Shown: in pieces, positions 1 to 11,841 of the stretch | Position numbering within the stretch: the first letter of the stretch is position 1 | Layout: each line of letters opens with the position of its first letter | Translations under genes and position numbers: made by a program | NCBI GenBank assembly: GCA_964016885.1 | Contig: OZ024746.1 | Span: forward strand, 101,928,001-101,992,000 | Direction of reading: 5' to 3' | DNA from: Eledone cirrhosa | Taxonomy: Eukaryota | DNA: 64,000 nucleotides | Notes under the pieces: generated by a model | What the model saw: only the letters and a program-made list of their open reading frames with translations | Databases searched by the model: none | What the model was told of the DNA's origin: nothing

Positions 1-1
1 G

Positions 2-2197
2 TTGTACAGTCTCTTGCGTGAGGTTTATGGACCGTCTTCTTCTCTGGTGACACCGATTCGCAGCAGGGATGGCAAAGAACTTCTTCGTGACTCACAGGGA
101 ATTCTACGAAGGTGGCGAGAGCACTTTGATGATCTTTTGAATCAGCCGTCTGTCGTCAGTGAAGATTTCCTCAATCTCATTCCGGAAAGTCCTGTGAAAG
201 TAGCTCTCGCAGAACCTCCGACACTTGTGGAGGTTGCAGTGGCTATTTCGAAGCTGAACAGTGGAAGATCTCCAGGTATGGATGGCATACATGCTGAGCT
301 CCTACAATATGGTGGTGAGAGACTCCTGCAACATCTTCACTCTCTGTTTGGAAGGATATGGGCTAATGAATCCGTGCCTGAGGACTGGAGAGATGCAGTA
401 ATGGTGGTCTTGTACAAGGGAAAGGGTAACAGGAATGATTGTGGGAACTACAGAGGTATATCATTGCTTTCTGTCGTGGGGAAAGTTTTATGTAGGGTGC
501 TTCTGGACCGTCTGCTGACACACATTGCAGATTGTGTCCTTCCTGAAAGTCAATCTGGTTTTCGTGTTGGACGCGGCACTACTGATATGATCTTCTCAGC
601 TAGACAGCTCCAGGAGAAGTGCATTGAACAGGGCTTGGATCTGTATCAGGTTTTTGTCGATCTGACAAAGGCTTTCGATACTGTCAACAGAGATGCATTA
701 TGGAAGGTTCTCCAGAAACTTGGTTGCCCTGATAAGTTCCTTGCTTTAGTTAGGTCTTTCCATGACGACATGAAGGCTTGGGTTAATGTCGGAGGTAACA
801 TGTCGGAGCCTATCTCAGTAAAAAATGGAGTGAAACAGGGGGATATTCCAGCACCGACCCTGTTTGCCATATACTTTGCAATGGTTTTCTGTATTGCATT
901 CAGGAATTGCGAGCATGGTGTTTACATCCGATATCGAACCTCAGGCAGCATATTTAACATCAGGCGCTTTGCTGCGAAGACAAAAGTATTTACATCAGTC
1001 ATAAGAGACCTCTTGTATGCAGATGATTGCGATCTTGTAGCGCACACAGAGAGTGATATGCAGCACATTTTGAATGTATTTTCTGACGCTTGCACTGCCC
1101 TGGGTTTGACTGTCAGTCTCAAGAAAACCGTCATCATGTACCAACCTGCACCTGGTAGGCAGTACACTGAACCAAACATCTATGTGTATGGCAAACGACT
1201 TGGAGTGGTTGATCAGTTTGTCTACCTGGGAAGCACTGTCAATCGATACGGCAACCTTGACAGTGAAATCTCACTTAGGATTAGGAAAGCAAGTGATGCT
1301 TTCGGAAAGCTAGAAAGGCGACTCTGGGGTCGGCGAGACATATGCAGGAGGACAAAGGTAAAGGTGTACAGGGCATGTGTACTCTCTTGTCTTCTTTATG
1401 CCTGCGAGACCTGGGTCACATATCGACGCCACCTTAAGCAATTGGAGCGTTTCCATCAGATGTGTCTCAGACGGATACATGGCGTTCACTGGAGGGACCA
1501 CATCAGTGATGTCGAGATTTTGGAAAGCTCTATGTGTGACAGTATAGAAGCTCTTGTGCTTAAGCAGCGACTCCGTTGGAGTGGTCACCTTGCCAGGATG
1601 AAGGATTCTAGAATACCAAAACAACTCTTCTATGGAGAGTTGGTTAAAGGAAAACGACCGCCACATAAACCAAAAAAGAGGTATAAGGATTCCTTGAAGG
1701 CCTCTCTGAAAGACGCTAACATCTCTGCTGATACATGGGAAAATATTGCTGCTGATCGTAATAAATGGAGAAAGACTGTATATGAGGGAAAAGTTGCCTT
1801 TGAGGCATCTCGAATCGCACACGAGAAAGTAAAGCGGGACGTGAGGAAGGGTATTGCTGTTGCACTTCCAGACGGCGAGGGTCCTCCTATGTTTCTGACA
1901 TGCAGCGTCTGTGCGAGACTCTGCCTAAGCAAAGCCGGACTCGAAAGTCATCTTCGCAGTCATAAAGTAAGACCAGTGGTTGACTACCAGGCTGCTGTTG
2001 GAGATGCTACTCATCATGCTTGCCAAACATGTGGTAGAGAATGTAAATCAGCAGGAGGACTCAAGCGACATGCAAAAGTACACGAACTCCAACCACAGCC
2101 GACTATTCCCAGTAAATGTTTTGGTTGCCGACTCTGTGCAAGACATTTTAGATCATTGGCTGGGCTAAAAAGTCACATTCGATCGCAGCACTGTTAG
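2..2197 (+). CDS. RTE LINE ORF (partial): reverse transcriptase plus three C2H2 zinc fingers
   Basis: RT motifs PEDWRDA..NYRGISLLS, QSGFR, FVDLTKAFD, GVKQG, LYADD, YLGS; RTE-type tail RLRWSGHLARM..RIPKQLFYGEL..DRNKWR; three CxxC-x12-H-x3/4-H fingers at ~1900-2194. The ORF is open at the window edge, so the listed start is not real. Confidence 0.92.
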   Translation: MYSLLREVYGPSSSLVTPIRSRDGKELLRDSQGILRRWREHFDDLLNQPSVVSEDFLNLIPESPVKVALAEPPTLVEVAVAISKLNSGRSPGMDGIHAELLQYGGERLLQHLHSLFGRIWANESVPEDWRDAVMVVLYKGKGNRNDCGNYRGISLLSVVGKVLCRVLLDRLLTHIADCVLPESQSGFRVGRGTTDMIFSARQLQEKCIEQGLDLYQVFVDLTKAFDTVNRDALWKVLQKLGCPDKFLALVRSFHDDMKAWVNVGGNMSEPISVKNGVKQGDIPAPTLFAIYFAMVFCIAFRNCEHGVYIRYRTSGSIFNIRRFAAKTKVFTSVIRDLLYADDCDLVAHTESDMQHILNVFSDACTALGLTVSLKKTVIMYQPAPGRQYTEPNIYVYGKRLGVVDQFVYLGSTVNRYGNLDSEISLRIRKASDAFGKLERRLWGRRDICRRTKVKVYRACVLSCLLYACETWVTYRRHLKQLERFHQMCLRRIHGVHWRDHISDVEILESSMCDSIEALVLKQRLRWSGHLARMKDSRIPKQLFYGELVKGKRPPHKPKKRYKDSLKASLKDANISADTWENIAADRNKWRKTVYEGKVAFEASRIAHEKVKRDVRKGIAVALPDGEGPPMFLTCSVCARLCLSKAGLESHLRSHKVRPVVDYQAAVGDATHHACQTCGRECKSAGGLKRHAKVHELQPQPTIPSKCFGCRLCARHFRSLAGLKSHIRSQHC

Positions 2198-2205
2198 TTG
2201 CTATC

Positions 2206-2206
<1 letters not shown>

Positions 2207-2251
<45 letters not shown>

Positions 2252-2330
2252 GCTTATGTGCGTGCGTGTGTGTGTATATATATATGAATATGTATATTAT
2301 TATTGTTGTTGTCGTTATTATTATTATTGC

Positions 2331-2370
<40 letters not shown>

Positions 2371-2492
2371 GTTATTAATGTATGTGTGTATATATGTGTG
2401 AGTGTATGTGTATGTATGTGTGTGTGTATATATGTATGTATGTGTATGTATGTGTGTGTGTATATATATGTGTATGTATATGTGTATGTATA

Positions 2493-2525
<33 letters not shown>

Positions 2526-2561
2526 CTTTTCCCTTTTTTTTTTTTTTTTTTTTTTTATTTA

Positions 2562-2611
<50 letters not shown>

Positions 2612-2665
2612 TTATTTTTTTTTTTTTATTTATTTTTTTTTTTTTTATTTATTTTTTTTTTTTAT
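2207..2665. repeat. Compound microsatellite block: (TG)n, (ATT)n, (TA/TG)n, poly-T
   Basis: Directly visible simple repeats. Confidence 0.95.
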
Positions 2666-2706
2666 TGTGCAATGGCCATACTCGATAACGAGGGGGCAGC
2701 CATCAT

Positions 2707-3053
<347 letters not shown>

Positions 3054-3724
3054 GGGAAAAGGAAGAGGAAAAGGAAAGGGAAAAAGAAAAGGAGGAGAGC
3101 ACAAGCACGGACCTGAAAGAAAATGATATACCCTCCGCTACAGGCAGGGAGGGCAGGCCGGGCAACCAACAAGCTAAGGGCAAAGGTGAAAAGCGAAATC
3201 ACCTTCCGAAGGAGAACCAAGCGCAGAGGGACCAGTGGACAACTGTTCAAAGAAAGAACAGAAAGCACCGAGACACTGGGAGCAAAAAACACCAAGTAAT
3301 GTGCAAGTTTTTCAAGAACGGGACATGCTGGCATGGAGAGACAGGGATGGGATGCAGATTCGCCCACCCTAGGTCTCAAACGAACTATGCCCATCATACT
3401 CGCGCAACATGCCCCAGCCAAAGCCGAAATAAGCCGCTCCAGAAGTATGCTGATGTCGCGCGTGCTGCACCAACAAGGAGAAGGCACGCACATGCCGACG
3501 AGATACAGATGGCAGCAGCAGATCAGAAAAATTTTTTAGTGATGGCAGAGAAGATTGTGAGACAGCTGACCTGGCTGCATCGTCTCCAGAGCCAGGGTCA
3601 TCCACACCAGCACTCGAGACCACCGCAGTTAAGGGACCCAGATTGGCCGCCGCTGACACCAGACCAGGTGTCATACCGACAGCCATTACTGGCACCCCAA
3701 AAGTCACACCAGTGCTGCTGCTGA
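3054..3724 (+). CDS. Family A ORF1, C-terminal part (CCCH zinc finger)
   Basis: Non-repetitive end of track ORF 2402..3724: [22 protein letters not shown] finger, ends SHQCCC*. No start codon because the element is truncated at the TA tract. Confidence 0.75.
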
Positions 3725-6684
3725 ATGTCAGGGGCCTGGTGAAACTCAGCAACATGAGTAAAATTTCCTACCTGGGAGACTTAGCCATAAGCAATCAAGC
3801 ACTATGCATGGCACTAACCGAAACGCACCTGACAAGCAGTATAGCAGATGCAGAAATACATATACCGAAATATACTGTATTTCGTTCGGACAGGAAGGAG
3901 AGAACTCATGGTGGGGTTGCTCTGTATATCCGTGAAGATGTCACACCAATTGTACTGTTGACACATTCAAACTCAGTCTGTGACACACTGATAATACATA
4001 TGAAGCAACTACAGACGGTAATATGTGTCACATATCGGCCGCCCGATGCCCCCAGTCATGAGGGTAAATTTGAGGATAGCCTAAGTAGGATAGAAGAGGT
4101 CCTTGACAAACTGGACCAGGGTCTCAACATCCTACTGCTGGGAGACTTCAACCTACCAAAGGTCAAATGGCCTGAGGGCCACCTCCTCCCTGGAATGACG
4201 TCAATAGAACAGAGACAGACGGAATCCCTGCTGGCCCTCACACACAGGCTGTTCATGGAGCAAGCAATACTCCTCCCAACAAGAGGCGAAAATGTCCTGG
4301 ACCTCTGTTTTACAAACAACGAAGTGCTCATCCACAATGTAAAGGTGACACCAACAATTCTCTCGGATCATAACTTGGTAGAGCTAATGATATGTGGTCC
4401 AAGAGAACCAACAGAGACAAAACCACCAAGAAGCTCCGGGACGCTATCCAGCCTTAACTTCTACGGGGCTGACTGGAAGAAGATTAAGAGTGAAATCCGG
4501 AAGCAAACATGGAGTGCAAACATCGCCACACAAGACACTAACACACAATTTCAACACTTCATGACAACGATACACACCATATGCAAAAAGTGTGTCCCGG
4601 AGAAAGAGGCAAACAGACACAAAAATCTTATTCCCAGAGATAGGAAAATCCTTATGAGACGTAGAACTAAACTCTCAAACCAGTTGAATAGTCAACAAAA
4701 CCAAAACAAGAAGGAATCCTATTTGAAACGTGCACTACTTGACACCGAGATTGCACTCAAGCTTTCACATGAGAATGAGAGGGCAAGGAAAGAGAACAGG
4801 GCCATAGAAAACATTAAAACAAACCCTAAGGCCTTCTTTAAATTTGCAAAAGAAACTGCCTCAGTACACTGCAAGATTGGACCACTCTTCCACACGGACG
4901 GTTCATTAACCGAAAATCCCCAAGAGATATGTGAAATACTGAACGAACAGTACAAAAGTGTCTTCACATGTCCACTGAGGCACATGCAAATAACGAAGCC
5001 AGAGGAGTTCTTTGATGCCACAACACTACATCAAGAAATGGCAACCATCAACCACATAGACATAACGGAGGAGGATGTGGTGTACGCCATTGATGAAATT
5101 AGAACAGACTCGGCTGCTGGACCTGATGGATTCCCAGCAGTTCTCCTAAAAATATGTAAGCGGGCCTTAGCAACTCCACTGAAGATGCTCTTCAGAAGCT
5201 CCTTGGCTAGCGGTGTACTACCCAGGGAGCTGAAAGAAGGCACAATATGCCCTATCCATAAAGGAGGTAGTAGAGCGGAGGCCAAGAACTATAGGCCAGT
5301 CTCCCTGACGTCGCATATCAGTAAGGTCATGGAGCGAGTCGTCAGAAAGAAACTAATCACTTTCCTCGAAGAAAATGACCGCCTGACTAGCACGCAACAT
5401 GGCTTCCGCCCAGGAAGAAGCTGCCTTACACAGCTGCTACATCACTACGACTGGGTACTGAGACAGCTACTAGACAGCTGACATGTAGACGTGATATATC
5501 TTGACTTTGCGAAGGCCTTTGACAAGGTCGACCACGGAATGATATGTCACAAACTACACGGACTCGGCATAACTGGAAAAGTAGGTGAGTGGCTGCATGG
5601 CTTCCTGAGGGACAGAAGCCAGGCAGTCGCAGCAAATGGGGCCCTCTCGAGGGAAACACCGATAACAAGTGGGGTGCCTCAGGGGACAGTCCTAGGACCA
5701 CTACTGTTTTTGGTGGCTCTCTCGGACATGCCCTCTGTGGTGCATGCAACAACATCCCTCACTAGCTATGCTGATGACACTAAGGTAGCACAGGCAATCA
5801 AAAACCCGGCTGACGCTGCCCTCTTACAGCAGGATCTGGATGCCATATACAGATGGGCGGAAGAAAACAACATGCAGTTTAATGCTGGCAAATTTCAAGC
5901 CCTACAATACAAACCTGCAAACACAAACACAAATATAGCGGAACACAGCTACACAGGACCAGGAGGGACCGATATCCCCGTGTCAAAATCGATACGAGAC
6001 CTGGGCATAGACATGAGCGATGATGCATCTTTTTCTTCACACATCATGAAGGTGGCGACAGCATGTAGACGATTCGCTGGCTGGATCTTGAGGACTTTCC
6101 TTACAAGAGATCGAGACACCATGTTGACACTGTGGAGGACTTTTGTCCTAAGCCGCCTGGACTACTGCTCCCAGCTGTGGTCACCCCATAGTGTCAAACT
6201 AACCACAGAGCTTGAGGCAATCCAGCGAAGCTACACCAAGAGGATTGCCAAGATGAGGGAGACAAGCTACTGGGAGAGGCTGAAGGAACTGAACCTCTAC
6301 TCCTTGGAGCGAAGACGGGAGAGATACGCAGTGATCTACATGTGGAAAATCCTGGAGGGACTAGCACCAAACTTTGGCATTGGGAGCTGGACCAACCGTC
6401 GAACAGGACGTCACTGTGTGGTGCCAAAGGTCCCGTCTTCCACATCTAGAATAAGGAGCAGGTATTGCAATAGCCTGGGATTCAAGGGCCCTCAACTCTT
6501 CAACAGGCTGCCGAGGCATCTGCGAGACTTGCATGACGTGGAGGTGGATGTCTTTAAGAAACATCTCGACACGTTGTTATCCAGGATCCCGGATGAGCCC
6601 ACAGCAAGACACGAGGGAAACCTAAGGGCAGCAGCAACAAACTCCCTCCTACACCAGTGGCCAACCTATACAGGCTGGAGATAA
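3643..6684 (+). pseudogene. Family A ORF2 (APE endonuclease + RT), interrupted by one in-frame TGA at 5479-5481
   Basis: EN motifs LLNVRG, LTETHL, YRPP, GDFN, LDLCF, SDH; RT motifs [32 protein letters not shown]. Track ORFs 3643..5481 and 5491..6684 are in the same frame, and the second copy has TCA (Ser) at this codon. Confidence 0.92.
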
Positions 6685-6758
6685 AATGTGTAGCAACAAG
6701 GGCGGTGCCCCAGCATGGCCTCAGCCGGATGGCTGAAACAGGTAAAAGAGTAAAAGAG

Positions 6759-7571
<813 letters not shown>

Positions 7572-7645
7572 ATAAAGGACGTAAAATAAGAAAATATTTT
7601 TTTAAAAAAAATTTAAAAAAAAATTTTTTTCTTACTTAAATTTTC

Positions 7646-7727
7646 ACTCCAACTAATTAGTTTCTGCAATGGGATAAAGACAGTTATGTAATCCAACTGT
7701 CGAGAATTCATTGCGTCATCAGGAAGT
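7646..7727 (-). ncRNA. Type I hammerhead ribozyme (predicted), copy 1
   Basis: Minus strand reads ACUUC-CUGAUGA-C-GCAAUG...CAUUGC-A-GAAA-CUAAUUA-GUU/GGAGU. Stem I is ACUUC:GGAGU; stem II is GCAAUG:CAUUGC extended by GACAGUU:AACUGUC; stem III is the palindrome ACUAAUUAGU. The pair closing stem II next to the core is a C-A mismatch. Confidence 0.72.
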
Positions 7728-8204
7728 CTATTCTCAGTTAAGTCTCCAGGCAATGCGCGGACACTGGCGGCTCATATAAAAATAATAATAATTCGGTAGA
7801 TCGAACAGCTTGCGAGGACTGAATTCTATGTACCGAAATTCTCACTGCTTCAAGTCAAATGGCCGATTCTAAAGAATCAATCACGTGACACAGAGGCTAG
7901 TTAGAAGGAATGGGATGGTAAGATGACTGACGCCTACTAACACCCCAAAAAAAATTTTTTTAGAAGTGGTTTTGACAAGTTTGCTCGACAAATCAGTGAT
8001 TTGGAGATAAATATAGATAATTTAATATATCAACTAACATAAGCGCACAGATGCACGCCCATGCCAGCAAATACACAGGTTATGTCATAGTACCTAGGTG
8101 GTTCAATGCAGGAGAATGCAGAACAATAATATAAAGGACGTAAAATAAGAAAATATTTTTTTAAAAAAAATTTTAAAAAAAATTTTTTTCTTACTTAAAT
8201 TTTC

Positions 8205-8286
8205 ACTCCAACTAATTAGTTTCTGCAATGGGATAAAGACAGTTATGTAATCCAACTGTCGAGAATTCATTGCGTCATCAGGAAGT
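8205..8286 (-). ncRNA. Type I hammerhead ribozyme (predicted), copy 2
   Basis: Same sequence as 7646-7727, offset by 559 bp. Confidence 0.72.
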
Positions 8287-8763
8287 CTATTCTCAGTTAA
8301 GTCTCCAGGCAATGCGCGGACACTGGCGGCTCATATAAAAATAATAATAATTCGGTAGATCGAACAGCTTGCGAGGACTGAATTCTATGTACCGAAATTC
8401 TCACTGCTTCAAGTCAAATGGCCGATTCTAAAGAATCAATCACGTGACACAGAGGCTAGTTAGAAGGAATGGGATGGTAAGATGACTGACGCCTACTAAC
8501 ACCCCAAAAAAAATTTTTTTAGAAGTGGTTTTGACAAGTTTGCTCGACAAATCAGTGATTTGGAGATAAATATAGATAATTTAATATATCAACTAACATA
8601 AGCGCACAGATGCACGCCCATGCCAGCAAATACACAGGTTATGTCATAGTACCTAGGTGGTTCAATGCAGGAGAATGCAGAACAATAATATAAAGGACGT
8701 AAAATAAGAAAATATTTTTTTAAAAAAAATTTTAAAAAAAATTTTTTTCTTACTTAAATTTTC

Positions 8764-8845
8764 ACTCCAACTAATTAGTTTCTGCAATGGGATAAAGACA
8801 GTTATGTAATCCAACTGTCGAGAATTCATTGCGTCATCAGGAAGT
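8764..8845 (-). ncRNA. Type I hammerhead ribozyme (predicted), copy 3
   Basis: Same sequence as 7646-7727, offset by 1118 bp. Confidence 0.72.
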
Positions 8846-9145
8846 CTATTCTCAGTTAAGTCTCCAGGCAATGCGCGGACACTGGCGGCTCATATAAAAA
8901 TAATAATAATTCGGTAGATCGAACTAATTGCAGAAACTAATTAGTTGGAGTGAAAATTTAAGTAAGAAAAAAATTTTTTTTTAAATTTTTTTTAAAAAAA
9001 TATTTTCTTATTTTACGTCCTTTATATTATTGTTCTGCATTCTCCTGCATTGAACCACCTAGGTACTATGACATAACCTGTGTATTTGCTGGCATGGGCG
9101 TGCATCTGTGCGCTTATGTTAGTTGATATATTAAATTATCTATAT

Positions 9146-11130
<1,985 letters not shown>

Positions 11131-11168
11131 TGTGCAGTTGAGCAGTTGAAGTATAAGGACGTGTTTTT
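11131..11168 (+). promoter_or_regulatory. Putative internal Pol II promoter of LINE B (Inr-like CAGTT + DPE-like GGACGTG)
   Basis: GCAGTTG occurs twice at the 5' junction and GGACGTGTT at 11157, about 27 nt into the element. This matches the arrangement known from jockey-superfamily LINE promoters. Confidence 0.5.
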
Positions 11169-11240
11169 ACTTCTCTCCCCGAGTAAGCAGCAAGTCACAC
11201 AGCCACAAAACAAAACCACAAGACAAAACCAAACAAACAA

Positions 11241-11830
11241 AAATTGACCGGTTAATACATTTTCATACATCTATATTATTATATATTTGAAAATTGACCG
11301 GTTAATACATTTTTCATACATCTATATTATTATATATTTGAAAATTGACCGGTTAATACATTTTTCATACATCTATATTATTATATATTTGAAACCACGT
11401 GTTTTCGAACTTGTGAGTACATTTTCTTTTAACTACAAATTATTATTATATACTTTCGTCTTTTCATTAATTTCAAATAACCAGAATATACATATATATA
11501 TATATATATACTCATATTTATATATATACGCTTCTCACTCACACACAAGAAAAATATATATTGAAATACTTAACTAAAACACACACACACGAACTTGTGA
11601 GTACATTTTCCTTTAACTACAAATTATTATTATATACTTTCGTCTTTTCATTAACTTAATTAATTTCAAATAACCAGAATATACATATATATATATATAT
11701 ATACTCATATTTATATATATACGCTTCTCACTCACACACAAGAAAAACAAAAAACAAAAATAAATCAAAAATAAATTTAAAAAAAAAAAATATATATATA
11801 TTGAAATACTTAACTAAAACACACACACAC
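11241..11830 (+). repeat. Tandem repeats in the LINE B 5' UTR: 3 x ~50 bp, then 2 x ~184-240 bp
   Basis: AAATTGACCGGTTAATAC at 11241, 11291 and 11342; GAACTTGTGAGTACATTTTC at 11407 and 11591, both units ending TTGAAATACTTAACTAAAACACAC. Confidence 0.9.
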
Positions 11831-11841
11831 TCAAAACTAGA

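Larger units (their letters stand above)
1..2706 (+). mobile_element. RTE-clade (BovB/RTE-1-like) non-LTR retrotransposon; 5' part lies outside the window
   Basis: Uninterrupted RT ORF to 2197, then a simple-repeat-rich segment, then a short terminal hairpin (CTCG-ATAA-CGAG) ending GGCAGCCATCAT at ~2706. That end resembles RTE-type 3' termini; assigning it to this element is inference. Confidence 0.85.
3054..6758 (+). mobile_element. CR1-group LINE family A, copy 1 (5'-truncated within ORF1; nonsense mutation in ORF2)
   Basis: Partial ORF1 with CCCH finger, ORF2 with APE endonuclease and RT, 3' hairpin TCAGCC-GGAT-GGCTGA (6721-6736), 8-bp tandem tail (GTAAAAGA)n. Flanked on both sides by (TA)n. 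Confidence 0.9.
7572..9145 (-). mobile_element. Non-coding 559-bp head-to-tail repeat (~2.4 copies) plus 219-bp inverted arm; hammerhead-containing retrozyme / Penelope pLTR-like element
   Basis: ATAAAGGACG recurs at 7572, 8131 and 8690 (period 559); the third copy stops at ~8924. 8927-9145 is the reverse complement of 8570-8788. A hammerhead core is present in each unit. No long ORF. Confidence 0.75.

Noticed and set aside
5479-5481. Programmed readthrough or selenocysteine at the in-frame TGA of LINE A ORF2
   Set aside because: The sister copy has TCA at this codon, so a single nonsense substitution or base error explains it.
8103-8871. Duplicated 69-aa ORFs in the 559-bp unit
   Set aside because: TTG start, runs through A/T homopolymers, no recognisable domain, and overlaps the ribozyme fold.
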